In this document: in pieces, positions 8,068 through 17,391 of the stretch | Layout of the letters: the number at the start of each line of letters is the position of its first letter | Position numbering within the stretch: position 1 is the first letter of the stretch | Assembly (NCBI GenBank): GCA_029778075.1 | Contig: JAKORA010000069.1 | Location: 1 to 45,295, forward strand | DNA: 45,295 nt | Origin: Bacillota bacterium | GTDB taxonomy: Bacteria > Bacillota > Dethiobacteria > DTU022 > UBA8154 | Reading direction: 5' to 3' | Position numbers and translations under genes: made by a program | Notes under the pieces: model-generated | Told to the model about the DNA's origin: nothing | What the model saw: the letters and a program-made list of their open reading frames with translations, nothing else | The model's database searches: none

Positions 8068-10209
8068 TTATACCGCAGAGGAGGCAAGCCTTTTAGCCAG
8101 CAGCGTATTCCTCTGCCGGATCTTGCTGTTGGAGACAGCGATACGGACTGCTTTTTTTGTCCCGACCAGTACAAAAGCTTTTTTAGCCCTTGTCAGGCAG
8201 GTGTACAAAAGGTTTCGCTGCAGCATTATGTAGTGCTGTATGGTAAAGGGGGCCACGACAATTTTATACTCGCTGCCCTGGCTCTTATGGACCGTGGTGG
8301 CGTAAGCCAGGACGACTTCGTCCAGCTCGCTAACATCGTACTGCACCTTGTTTCCGTCAAAGTTGATAATCAGGGTTTTATCCTCCCGGTCAATTTGGAC
8401 AATAGTCCCGATATCGCCGTTAAACACGTTTTTATCATAATTGTTCCTGATTTGCATGACCTTATCGTGCAGGCGGAATACTGTTCCGCCGTATTTAATG
8501 GGGACGTCGCCGGGGTTCAGGCTCTGCTGTAAGAGCAGGTTCAAATTTTGGGCCCCCGTTTCACCGCGCTGCATGGGACAGAGCACCTGGATATCTTGAA
8601 GGGGGTTTACCTTGAAGTATCGCGGCAGCCGATGTGTGCAGAGCATCCTGATGGTTTCCGCAACCTTTTGCGGGTCTTCCTCTTCAATAAAGAAAAAGTC
8701 GCTGTTCCGTCCCCCCTTGAGGAGAGGCATCTCTCCTTTATTAATGCGGTGAGCATTGGTGATGATCATACTGCCCTGGGCCTGGCGAAAGATTTTTTCC
8801 AGCCGGACGACATTGACAGCGCCCGAGTCGATAATATCCTTCAGCACATTGCCGGCGCCGACCGAGGGAAGCTGATCCACATCGCCCACCAGAATAACCA
8901 CAGCCCGGTCAGGAACCGCCTTTAAAAGATTGTACATCAAGATGACATCTACCATGGATGCTTCGTCGACAATCAATACATCGCATTCCAGGGGGTTCCT
9001 GTCATTTTTCTGATACCCTTCGGAGGGCTTGTACTCCAGGAGCCTGTGAATTGTTTTGGCCTCCATGCCGGTAGTCTCCGCCATTCTTTTGGCCGCCCGT
9101 CCCGTGGGTGCGGCCAAAAGAACCCTGCGCCCCATCTTCTGGAACACCCGGATAATAGCCAGGGTAGTGGTGGTCTTCCCCGTACCGGGCCCTCCGGTCA
9201 GCACCATGAACTTGGAAACAGCAGCGGTCCTGATAGCCGCGAGCTGGGTTTCATCATACTCCAGGCCGTACTCCCGCCGGATACCGGCGATAATGCGCTC
9301 AACATCAACCTGAGCCGGAGAGGTTGTCCGCCCGGCAAGAATCTCCTTGATCCTTCTCGCTGTGCCTGCCTCGCTGAAATAGAAAGGCGGCAGGTAAATG
9401 ACATCCTCGTCCAGAATGACCGAATTTTCATCTATCATCCGGTCGAGGGTGGATTGGATCAGGTCTTCCTCCAGCTCCAGCATTTCCATCGTTTCCGCCA
9501 GGAGCTGTTCCCTGGTGGCATAACAGTGCCCCTCATTGGCCAGCTCGTTTAAGGTATAGATAATTCCTGAACGGCAACGTTCATAAGAATTTTTATCAAA
9601 GCCGAGCTGCCGGGCAATCTTGTCGGCAGTTTTAAAACCGATACCCCAGACATCATCAGCCAGCCTGTAGGGATTGGTTTTGACGACACTGATACTTTCA
9701 TCGCCGTAGGTCTTGTAAATTTTTACGGCATAAGCGGTGGAAACCCCGCTGCTCTGCAGGAACAGCATGACGTTTTTGATCTCCTTCTGCTCCTGCCAGG
9801 CCTTTTTAATTCTCTCCAGCCGCTTCGGCCCGATGCCCTCCACCTTTGTCAGGTAATCAGGCGACTCCTCCAGAACGCGTAGAGTATCTTCCTTGAAATA
9901 TTTGACGATCCTTCGGGCGTAGACCGGGCCGATGCCCTTAATAAGCCCGCTTCCAAGGTATTTCTCAATGCCGGCGGCAGTAGCGGGCAGGGTCTCCCGG
10001 TAGTCTGCGGCACTAAACTGCTTCCCGTATTTACTGTCGTACTTCCATTCGCCTTTCAGGCGCAGGACAGATCCGACATGAACTGCTGCAAGGTTGCCGA
10101 CAACCGTTACCAGCTCTGAAAAGCCCCGGGACCTTATCTTGATAACAGTGAAACCGTTTTCCTCATTAACATAGGTAATCCGTTCCACGACGCCGGTTAG
10201 GTATTCCAT
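8068..10209 (-). CDS. recD2: RecD2/YrrC-type SF1B ATP-dependent DNA helicase
   Basis: 713 aa. The N-terminal OB-like segment MEYLTGVVERITYVNEENGFTVIK, HhH region, Walker A GGPGTGKTT, DEASMVD (Walker B) and C-terminal YATTVHKSQGSEY are classic RecD2 features. Confidence 0.9.
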   Translation of the reverse strand: MEYLTGVVERITYVNEENGFTVIKIRSRGFSELVTVVGNLAAVHVGSVLRLKGEWKYDSKYGKQFSAADYRETLPATAAGIEKYLGSGLIKGIGPVYARRIVKYFKEDTLRVLEESPDYLTKVEGIGPKRLERIKKAWQEQKEIKNVMLFLQSSGVSTAYAVKIYKTYGDESISVVKTNPYRLADDVWGIGFKTADKIARQLGFDKNSYERCRSGIIYTLNELANEGHCYATREQLLAETMEMLELEEDLIQSTLDRMIDENSVILDEDVIYLPPFYFSEAGTARRIKEILAGRTTSPAQVDVERIIAGIRREYGLEYDETQLAAIRTAAVSKFMVLTGGPGTGKTTTTLAIIRVFQKMGRRVLLAAPTGRAAKRMAETTGMEAKTIHRLLEYKPSEGYQKNDRNPLECDVLIVDEASMVDVILMYNLLKAVPDRAVVILVGDVDQLPSVGAGNVLKDIIDSGAVNVVRLEKIFRQAQGSMIITNAHRINKGEMPLLKGGRNSDFFFIEEEDPQKVAETIRMLCTHRLPRYFKVNPLQDIQVLCPMQRGETGAQNLNLLLQQSLNPGDVPIKYGGTVFRLHDKVMQIRNNYDKNVFNGDIGTIVQIDREDKTLIINFDGNKVQYDVSELDEVVLAYATTVHKSQGSEYKIVVAPFTIQHYIMLQRNLLYTCLTRAKKAFVLVGTKKAVRIAVSNSKIRQRNTLLAKRLASSAV

Positions 10210-10236
10210 CCCTCAAACCGCCATTCTGCCACATTT

Positions 10237-10899
10237 TCATTTCCCTCGCTGGGGGGAATAAAGATCTATGGATTCTCCGGGAGCAACGATATTAAAATCT
10301 TCATCCCATTTGCCCTGGAAGGCTTTATATAAAAGGTGCAAAGAACCCTGGACAACCGTGTGCCGCAGCTCCAGCGCGGCGGCTATTTCTTTGGTATGTT
10401 CCAGTATATCTTCCAGCATGTAAGCTCCCGTATCTATAACGCTCAGTTTTTCATAGTTTTTTAGTATAATCCCCATCAGTTTGCGCGCCTTTTCTTCACC
10501 ATATTTCGAGACACAATACAGATATTCGCTCCAGATGTTGGACTCGCCCTCCAGGTAGCCCCTGGTAAGGTAATAGGCGCTTCCCTTGCTGTCCAGCTCT
10601 TTTTTTTGCCTGTTTCCCCCCAGGAACAGCGAAATACAGTCGTCAACCCTGGGAAAAACTATACTGCTCTCCCGGGAAGAAAGCCCCTGAATGGCATTGC
10701 CGCAATTACCGAACAGCAAAATGATGTTGTCAACATTGCCGATGAGGTTGATCTGCTGCTGAATACACTCTTTTAGCTGCCTGGGATTATTGTGCTGCAT
10801 GGATTCAATCCATAAAACCGGATACTGTATCCCCAGGTCGCGTATGACAAACATGATTTCATCCTGCAGAGTTTTGCAGGCAACGGCAATATTTTTCAC
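10237..10899 (-). CDS. DUF1638-family protein
   Basis: ORF-track frame 10237..11031. I favour the GTG at 10899 (GGAAGGTGGaaagccgtt-GTG), which gives MKNIAVACKTLQDEI... and a conserved-looking LLFGNCGN segment. The longer start would sit only ~12 nt after the terminator at 11043-11074. The gene ends 27 nt before the recD2 start, so the two are probably co-transcribed. Confidence 0.6.
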   Translation of the reverse strand: MKNIAVACKTLQDEIMFVIRDLGIQYPVLWIESMQHNNPRQLKECIQQQINLIGNVDNIILLFGNCGNAIQGLSSRESSIVFPRVDDCISLFLGGNRQKKELDSKGSAYYLTRGYLEGESNIWSEYLYCVSKYGEEKARKLMGIILKNYEKLSVIDTGAYMLEDILEHTKEIAAALELRHTVVQGSLHLLYKAFQGKWDEDFNIVAPGESIDLYSPQRGK

Positions 10900-11042
10900 A
10901 ACGGCTTTCCACCTTCCAGCAGAGTGGAGCAGGGAATTAGCTCCGTTACTGACATTAAATAAAATCTTCTGCTGCTTGTCAAGAGCCGGGGCCGGCACAC
11001 ATTTGCCTCGAGGAATGATAACTCGGAGCAAGCTGCCCTTAA

Positions 11043-11074
11043 TTAAAAAGCCCTGCCTTTTGACGGTGGCAGGG
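11043..11074 (-). terminator. Rho-independent terminator after the kinase-like gene
   Basis: Minus strand reads CCCTGCC-accgtcaaaa-GGCAGGG followed by CTTTTTAATTAA. 7-bp GC-rich stem plus U-tract, about 65 nt downstream of the stop at 11139. Confidence 0.7.
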
Positions 11075-11138
11075 TTCCAGTATTCCGCAAGTTTTCATGA
11101 AGCTTTTTGCATTTGTTTACCGTGCTGCATAAGTCCCT

Positions 11139-11894
11139 TTACCAGGCAAAATGTACACTTCTCTCCAACAGATTGGCTACAAGGAACTTTACTATTTCCT
11201 GAAAAGTTCCCCTTCTTTCGGCGATGATGAGAAGCTCTCTTTGCACTTCTTTTTTAACCAGTTCTTTATCGAGGTCAAGCTCTGTGGTCAAAACCCGCAT
11301 CAACTCCCCCACCATGGCCATCTTCCAAGACGTAAAGGACGGCCAGTAGGTAAGGGCATAAGCGCAAAAGCTCCCGATATCCTCTTCGATTCTCCCTTCC
11401 CGGCACTCTTCCAGATCAATTCCGTAGATCTTCTCCCTGATAATAAAATTCCTCAAATTAACGTCTCCCATGATGATCTGCTTTCCGGCAATTTCCCGCG
11501 TTGCCGTGTAAAAATCCTTAAACCAGCGGCACAGGCTGTATATGAGCTGGTAAGCGGGCCCTATCAGGGAACTGTTTTCGGAGCCGCTGACGCTCTCCTG
11601 CCAGAAAAAAAAGTCGGCAAACAAAGGTCCCTCCAGGTACTCCAGGAGAATGTAATTTTCACCAGTACCGTATATCTGAGGGACAGGCACCCCTTTTTCC
11701 TTTAGCAAACGGAGCATTTTAACCTCCCCGGGCATTCTAGCAGGATAGGAGTATTCTTTCTGTACTAAATATTTACTTTTTTCACCTGGTTTACTGGATT
11801 TCAGGAGAAAAACTTTATTCTTTCGGCTTTTAAATTTCTTTTCCACAGAAAAACAGTATAAATCATCGTTACAGATTTGCACGGAGTTCTCCAA
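11139..11894 (-). CDS. Small atypical protein-kinase-fold phosphotransferase (Bud32/RIO/Kdo-kinase-like)
   Basis: 251 aa, TTG start with AAGGAGtggttcctcc upstream. N-lobe-like KVFLLKSS...KYLVQKEY, hinge ILLEYLEG, catalytic-loop-like GDVNLRNFII and IDLE in the place of DFG. Confidence 0.5.
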   Translation of the reverse strand: MENSVQICNDDLYCFSVEKKFKSRKNKVFLLKSSKPGEKSKYLVQKEYSYPARMPGEVKMLRLLKEKGVPVPQIYGTGENYILLEYLEGPLFADFFFWQESVSGSENSSLIGPAYQLIYSLCRWFKDFYTATREIAGKQIIMGDVNLRNFIIREKIYGIDLEECREGRIEEDIGSFCAYALTYWPSFTSWKMAMVGELMRVLTTELDLDKELVKKEVQRELLIIAERRGTFQEIVKFLVANLLERSVHFAW

Positions 11895-12474
11895 GGAGGA
11901 ACCACTCCTTATGTTATTAATTTAAAGCATACATGTGCTCTAACATTCTAAAGGAAATTTGATCTTTCTACAATCTTTTCTAAACAATCTTATCTAAAAC
12001 TACTAAAAACCTCCTTATGTTAAAAAGAACGTTTTTGGCGGCGCAGAAAAAATTTCTTTTTCCTCCGCCGCCGAAAACGGTTAGGAGGTTAAGACTGCCA
12101 GTTGTTGCCTTTGGTTAAACTGTTAAAACTAACTACAACCTGCTGCGAAAACAAGCAAAGCTTTCTTATCATTATCTTAAGTTTCTAATTATTAAACACC
12201 CATGAAGCTTGTGCCTCACCATCAGTTTGTAAGAGCTATTTAAAGGATAATTTTCTAATACTATATTATTCAACACAGGCAAGCTTTATGTATAGTTATT
12301 CATATCGAACCAAAAATAATCAACGAAAGTTCGTAATAATGAGCATTAAAACTTGCCAGGAACAATTCGGGATACCTATTTAAACACGTTTAATTTTTTC
12401 AAGTGCAATACTTCTAGATGAGTTGTCATTATGTATATAATGACATAACGGTTATAACTTTTACTACCAGTTTT

Positions 12475-12504
12475 ATTATAGCACCTACCAATGAGATCTG
12501 TCAA
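12475..12504 (-). promoter_or_regulatory. Near-consensus sigma-A-type promoter with no adjacent gene
   Basis: Minus strand reads TTGACA-N18-TATAAT with a TGc extended -10 (ttgacagatctcattggtaggTGcTATAAT). It lies about 90 nt downstream of the hydrogenase-protease stop and about 580 nt upstream of the kinase-like start. Confidence 0.55.
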
Positions 12505-12591
12505 TAAAAAAATGGTCAAAATCTAAAATTTTTATGATCTATGTTTATCTTGCGGATAATATAATAGTTAAAACTTGGCATCGAAACGGAA

Positions 12592-13080
12592 TCATATCCT
12601 TATGATAGCGTGATAAAAATCTTCGACAAGACGCTCTGTTCCTTTTTTTACTTCATCGCTCATTATTAAGCCCTGCTCCGTACACTTGGGCTGTATTCCT
12701 ATAAATATTACATTACAGTGTACCTCTGCTTCGAGGTACTTCAGCATTACGGGAAGCGGCAGCATGTGCGTGGAAAAGGAAACGCCGCTGATATCAGCGG
12801 CAGGCACCACTTTTGCCTCTCCGGGTAAAAGTCCGATATACGCGGCATCCACGATAAAAAGCGTGTCAGGTGCAAAGCTCTTTATGACTCCGGTAAAATT
12901 TTCAGGTGCAGTTGATCCGGCAAGCAAAAGCACATTTTCCTTTTTTACCAAATTACCGAGAAGCTCTATGAAGTACATGCCTGCGGCATCGTCTGACCGA
13001 AGTGTCGATCCGATACCCAGCACGGCAATTTTTTGGCCCGGTTGTATAATTGTTTGTAAAAAATCCCGCATTTCCATCAA
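12592..13080 (-). CDS. hycI: Hydrogenase maturation endopeptidase (HycI/HyaD family)
   Basis: 162 aa with the GIGSTLRSDDAAG motif (GxGNxxxxDDGxG-like). Last gene of the hydrogenase operon. 4-nt overlap with the upstream gene. Confidence 0.85.
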   Translation of the reverse strand: MMEMRDFLQTIIQPGQKIAVLGIGSTLRSDDAAGMYFIELLGNLVKKENVLLLAGSTAPENFTGVIKSFAPDTLFIVDAAYIGLLPGEAKVVPAADISGVSFSTHMLPLPVMLKYLEAEVHCNVIFIGIQPKCTEQGLIMSDEVKKGTERLVEDFYHAIIRI

Positions 13081-13439
13081 AGCTGCACCACGAGCTCATC
13101 CTTGTTCAGAGTGGAAAGGTCAATGTTTTGGGTAAAGGACAGGCAATTTCTGGGACAAGAATCGACGCACTGGCAGCAGAATATACACTGGGATATGTTC
13201 AGGGATGCCTTCATTTTTTTCTCTTCTTTGGTTCCTTCATTTATAACAGTTATTGCCTTGGAAGGACAATAACGCATACACATTCCACAACCGTTGCAAT
13301 TTGTTGGGTCGTACGTGAGCTTCCCCCGGTATTTACCGGCTATCTGCATCTCACCCTTGGGAAAGGAAATTGTAAAAGGTTTCTTAAAGAAGTGCTTAAC
13401 CGCCATATTGGTTATTTTGCCAGGTGCGCTTTTAATCAT
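13077..13439 (-). CDS. 2x[4Fe-4S] ferredoxin-like subunit (NuoI/HycF/MbhN-like)
   Basis: 120 aa with two CxxCxxCxxxCP motifs (CNGCGMCMRYCP, CIFCCQCVDSCP). Confidence 0.85.
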   Translation of the reverse strand: MIKSAPGKITNMAVKHFFKKPFTISFPKGEMQIAGKYRGKLTYDPTNCNGCGMCMRYCPSKAITVINEGTKEEKKMKASLNISQCIFCCQCVDSCPRNCLSFTQNIDLSTLNKDELVVQL

Positions 13440-14380
13440 AGTCCTAATCCACCCCTAACTAGAAGATTTATAATTATCTGCAAAATGGCTATGGGTGTCA
13501 GATATCTCCAACAAAAGTTTACCATCTGCTCAACTCTGAGCCGGGCCATAACAGAACGCATTAACGCCAGGAAAAGAAGCACAGCCACTGTTTTTACCAG
13601 ATACAGGATAAAATCCAATACGGCATGGCCCGTCATAAAGGGTAAAAATATTGCTGAAACCAGCGAAGCCACCATAACAAGTTCGCAGTCTATAGCTACT
13701 CTGAACAACGCCAGCAGTCTGCCGCTGTATTCAACCAACGGCCCGGCTACAATTTCCGTTTCAGCTTCAGGGGTATCAAAAGGAACCCGCTCCAGTTTTC
13801 CCTGGCCAGCGATCAATGCTACGATAAAAGCCGGAATATTTATCAGGATATAAAGGGGATGCTCTGCATAAAAGGCCGTCATTCCTGTAATCGACCATGT
13901 TTTTGCTATCAGCGCAGGCGCCAGCAAGGCCATAAACAGCGGCACCTCATAGGCAAACATCTGCGTCAGCGTACGTACTGAACCGAGTGTGGAATATACG
14001 CTTCTGGAATACCATCCGGCTAAAAACAAACACATAGTGGGAATTGATAAAAAATACAGCACAACGATAAGATCGCCCTGAAAGGAAGCAATGGAAGCTT
14101 TGCCAAAGACCGGCACGTAAACAAAGGCAGCTGCCACTGCAGCAAGAGATACCACCGGCAAAATTTGAAAAATGGTCTTATTGGCGTCGGCAGGAATAAT
14201 AGTTTCCTTGCCGATCAACTTTAAAAAGTCCGCCAGCGGTTGATACCATGGTGGCCCCATTCTGTTTTGCAGGCGTGCATGCACCTTCCTGTCCAGGTAC
14301 TCAAAAAGCAGCCCGTATACCGTCAAAAATATGAACCCCGGGAATACTATTATTTTTAACAGTCCTATAATCATTCCCAT
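13436..14380 (-). CDS. NuoH/HycD/MbhM-like integral membrane subunit
   Basis: 314 aa, polytopic. N-terminal RKVHARLQNRMGPPWYQPLADFLK matches the NuoH signature (ERKxxAxxQxRxGP). Confidence 0.9.
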   Translation of the reverse strand: MGMIIGLLKIIVFPGFIFLTVYGLLFEYLDRKVHARLQNRMGPPWYQPLADFLKLIGKETIIPADANKTIFQILPVVSLAAVAAAFVYVPVFGKASIASFQGDLIVVLYFLSIPTMCLFLAGWYSRSVYSTLGSVRTLTQMFAYEVPLFMALLAPALIAKTWSITGMTAFYAEHPLYILINIPAFIVALIAGQGKLERVPFDTPEAETEIVAGPLVEYSGRLLALFRVAIDCELVMVASLVSAIFLPFMTGHAVLDFILYLVKTVAVLLFLALMRSVMARLRVEQMVNFCWRYLTPIAILQIIINLLVRGGLGL

Positions 14381-14464
14381 GCCCCTTTACAATAAATTGT
14401 AATAAAATACTTTTAAAAACGCTCTGCTCATCAAGCCTATAATTAATTCAACCAGCAAACACTT

Positions 14465-15691
14465 TTAAAAGTACATCCTGCGCTCCGGCATTTTAATCGC
14501 TGCAACATCAATACCCCTCTTTTTATACCAGTCGATACTGTACTGCCTGAGTTGCGGCCAATCCATGACCTCTGTCTCTCTTCCGGAATTGACGACAATG
14601 GCCCGGTCAGTGCATGAAAAACAAGGATCGATGGCGGCAATGGTAATGGGCGCATCAGCAAGATATTGACCCAGCAGCATATGCCTCATGGCGTGCCAGT
14701 TGGCTTCGGATGGCGCCCGCACCCGTACCCGGTCCGGCCTTTCAGTTCCGTTTGACCGGATATAATGTGTATCCTCACCCCGGGGCGCTTCCACCCTGCT
14801 TATTACCTCACCGGCAGGAATACGCCGCGGAGCTTTAGTAACGATATCCCCGTCAGGCATATTCTTTAGACAAAAGCGTATAATTTCTATACTTTCCAGC
14901 ATCTCCAGGATGCGCACTACAGTCCGGCCGAAGACATCGGCATGGGTGTCGGTGATAACTTTAAAAGGAATCTCCCCATATGCGGCATAAGGATCCACCG
15001 CCCGGATATCAAAGTCGATACCGGCAGCACGTATAACAGGCCCGACTGCGCCGTACTTTAGCGCATCTTCCCCCGAAAGCTTTCCAATTCCTGCCAGCCG
15101 GGCAGCCAGCGTTGTTTCGGTCAGAGCCAGTTCCTGGTAATATTTTACCTGATCCGCCAAAGCATCGAGCATTTTTACGATATCTTGCCGGAGGGAGTCA
15201 TCGATGTCCCTTCGCACACCACCAATAGTGTTAATACCGTAATTCACGCGATTGCCGCCCACCGCGGCCAGTATATCCAAAACCGCTTCACGATCACGCC
15301 AGGCATACATGAACATGGTATCAAACCCTATCTCATGGGCAGCAACACCAAGCCAGAGCAGGTGGCTGTGCAGTCGCTCAAGCTCGGCAACAATTACGCG
15401 GATGTAGGCTGCCCGCCTGGGAATTTCCACTCCGGCGAGCTCTTCCACCCCCTGGCAAAAAACAGTAGTATGCGAGTGGGAACAGATACCGCATACACGC
15501 TCCAGGAGATAAATAATCTGAGTGTAATTCCTGCTCTCGCAGGCCTTTTCTATTCCCCTATGGTTATAGCCTATCCCCAAAACGACATCTACGATTTTTT
15601 CACCCTCCAGGGTTACCGTAAAGCAGCCCGGCTCTTTTAATGAAGGGTGTTGAGGGCCAATGGGTATTACTACACGGTTATATTCGCTCAT
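14465..15691 (-). CDS. Group 4 [NiFe]-hydrogenase large (catalytic) subunit, NuoD/MbhL/HycE-like
   Basis: N-terminal Ni-binding motif RVCGICSHSH and C-terminal DPCFSCTDR, followed by a 45-aa tail. I use the internal ATG at 15691 (MSEYNRVV...), which has an ATGA overlap with the upstream stop and AAGGAGGG upstream. The ORF-track start is 15772. Confidence 0.95.
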   Translation of the reverse strand: MSEYNRVVIPIGPQHPSLKEPGCFTVTLEGEKIVDVVLGIGYNHRGIEKACESRNYTQIIYLLERVCGICSHSHTTVFCQGVEELAGVEIPRRAAYIRVIVAELERLHSHLLWLGVAAHEIGFDTMFMYAWRDREAVLDILAAVGGNRVNYGINTIGGVRRDIDDSLRQDIVKMLDALADQVKYYQELALTETTLAARLAGIGKLSGEDALKYGAVGPVIRAAGIDFDIRAVDPYAAYGEIPFKVITDTHADVFGRTVVRILEMLESIEIIRFCLKNMPDGDIVTKAPRRIPAGEVISRVEAPRGEDTHYIRSNGTERPDRVRVRAPSEANWHAMRHMLLGQYLADAPITIAAIDPCFSCTDRAIVVNSGRETEVMDWPQLRQYSIDWYKKRGIDVAAIKMPERRMYF

Positions 15692-16206
15692 TTCTTTTCG
15701 CCCTCCTTTTCCTTGGCATCTACCGGCGGGTTGTAGGTCATTGTCTTTTGATCGAAATATTCCGGATTCCATTCCTTGCGCAAGGGGTAGTTTCCCTCAG
15801 GCCATCCATCAGGAAGGGGATAAGAGGGGCCGGGGGGCAAACCTTCGACCTCCGCGCCAAAAAGGCTTACAAGTTCCCGCTCATGAAACTCCAGGGAGGG
15901 GTAATCCCCGGAGAGGGAGCTTATTTTTGGATTGGACTTGGGTGCTTTTTCTTTCAGCGCCAAGATAATACCCTCATCATTAGTCAACAGATAAATGAAA
16001 CCAAGATCTTCACCTTCATCCGTCCCCACAACATGAGTGGCCCGGTAGAATCCCATTTCATCGCGCACATAGGGCAAGACCTGCTCAAATTCCTCCCTGG
16101 TGAGAAAGTCGGAAATAATGCGTTTCGATCTTTGGACATGTAATTTATCCTTCAAAATACTGAATTTCTCGGCTAACTTGTGAATGATCGCTTCTTCGGT
16201 CTGCAT
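15688..16206 (-). CDS. NuoC/MbhK-like subunit
   Basis: Contains FYRATHVVGTDEGEDLGFIYLL and HERELVSLFG, typical of the 30-kDa NuoC family. Start set at the ATG at 16206 (GGAGGTGGcaagg-ATG, MQTEEAIIHKL...) rather than the ORF-track 16308. Confidence 0.85.
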   Translation of the reverse strand: MQTEEAIIHKLAEKFSILKDKLHVQRSKRIISDFLTREEFEQVLPYVRDEMGFYRATHVVGTDEGEDLGFIYLLTNDEGIILALKEKAPKSNPKISSLSGDYPSLEFHERELVSLFGAEVEGLPPGPSYPLPDGWPEGNYPLRKEWNPEYFDQKTMTYNPPVDAKEKEGEKK

Positions 16207-16657
16207 CCTTGCCACCTCCTTTTTGCTGAGCCTCCAAGGCACCCAGAAGCTTGGCAACGGCGCTGATAATCGCTTCCGGGCGGACGGCACAACCCGGAAT
16301 ATAAACATCTACCGGTATAACACTATCTATACCGCCCATGACACAGTAACAACCGTTGAATACCCCGCCTGAGCAGGCGCATGTTCCCGTGGCGATGACA
16401 AACTTGGGTTCAGGCATCTGGTCATATATCTGCTTCAGGCGGTCCTTTGTCTGCAGGGTGACTGCACCGGTGCATACGAGTATATCTGCATGGCGTGGAG
16501 TGCCCCGCTGGAGAATACCCAGGCGTTCCAGGTCGAATCTGGGGGTCAAGGCATCCACTATTTCTATATCGCAGCCGTTGCAAGAACCCGCATTAAAATG
16601 TATAATCCAGGGCGACTTCCGTGTCCCCCAGTCAATTGCTTTTTTTAAAAGGCTCAA
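16145..16657 (-). CDS. NuoB/MbhJ/HycG-like hydrogenase small subunit ([4Fe-4S])
   Basis: 170 aa with the cluster cysteines GSCNGCDIE, GTCACSGG and IPGCAVRP. Its 3' end overlaps the next gene by about 62 nt. Confidence 0.9.
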   Translation of the reverse strand: MSLLKKAIDWGTRKSPWIIHFNAGSCNGCDIEIVDALTPRFDLERLGILQRGTPRHADILVCTGAVTLQTKDRLKQIYDQMPEPKFVIATGTCACSGGVFNGCYCVMGGIDSVIPVDVYIPGCAVRPEAIISAVAKLLGALEAQQKGGGKDADRRSDHSQVSREIQYFEG

Positions 16658-16737
16658 AGCATTATCACCTCTTGAATATTATTATCATAGCTTGCTCAGC
16701 CATAACTTTACTTTCCACAGGATATCGGCTTGGACCA

Positions 16738-17058
16738 TTATTTCTTAAATATTATTACCATGGCCAGTATTCCGGAGGCGATGTAGACAATGGGCAAAAG
16801 CAGCGCTTCATAGGGTGCAGTCGCTATCACGAGAGCCAGAACATGCATGATGGTGAAGAAAAAGGCAAAGGGAAAGAACTGGCTATAATTAGGATTGACA
16901 TAATGCTGGACGTTACGCTGCCCGCAGGCATAGGCATCCAAACCGCGATCCCTCTGTGCATTTTGGTGGGAATATAGTGAAAACACTTTGGAGCTCGCGA
17001 GAAATATCACAACAAATATCAAAAAAACAATTGGAGGCGAATAGATTAAACCAGCCAT
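16738..17058 (-). CDS. Small membrane subunit, NuoA/MbhI-like
   Basis: 106 aa, 3 predicted TM helices. AYACGQRNV...FFPFAFFFTIMHV loosely resembles the NuoA YECGxxP...FYLvAilF segment. Confidence 0.5.
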   Translation of the reverse strand: MAGLIYSPPIVFLIFVVIFLASSKVFSLYSHQNAQRDRGLDAYACGQRNVQHYVNPNYSQFFPFAFFFTIMHVLALVIATAPYEALLLPIVYIASGILAMVIIFKK

Positions 17059-17070
17059 CTTTTGATACCT

Positions 17071-17391
17071 CTATCCTTTCAGTTTTCTTAAATTGCGGAC
17101 ATCCATGCTTCCGTAATTATGATAAAGGTTTATAGCTATTCCTACCGCAACCACGGCCACCACAACTTCAATGACAATTACGGTAATGACAAATGTCTGC
17201 GCCAAAGCGGCTTTCCCGTTAATAAATCCGGCAAGGATGATAAACATGGTAACAGCTTTCATCGCCACCTCTACACCTATAACTATCTTCAGCAGATGAT
17301 AGGTGCGTATAAGGCCATAACAACCTGCAATAATCAGCAAAAAACCTACAACGAGCATTGCGGTCTCAACAAAGGCATTCATCTTACTCAC
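17071..17391 (-). CDS. NuoK/MrpC/MbhG-like membrane subunit
   Basis: 106 aa, 3 TM helices. Membrane-embedded Glu residues (GVEVAMK, VIEVVVAV) and a YHNYGSMDVRNLRKL tail, as in the NuoK/MnhC family. Confidence 0.7.
   Translation of the reverse strand: MSKMNAFVETAMLVVGFLLIIAGCYGLIRTYHLLKIVIGVEVAMKAVTMFIILAGFINGKAALAQTFVITVIVIEVVVAVVAVGIAINLYHNYGSMDVRNLRKLKG

Noticed and set aside
14465-15772. Longest-ORF starts for several genes: 15772 large subunit, 16308 NuoC-like, 25542 hypC, 28930 hypA, 30144 ecfT, 38976 the 512-aa protein, 11031 DUF1638, 39328 ExbD-like.
   Set aside because: The internal starts have proper SD sequences. They give canonical N-termini (MCLAIPG for HypC, MHE for HypA) or ATGA-type coupling to the upstream stop. 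The long versions would overlap the preceding gene extensively or run into a terminator.
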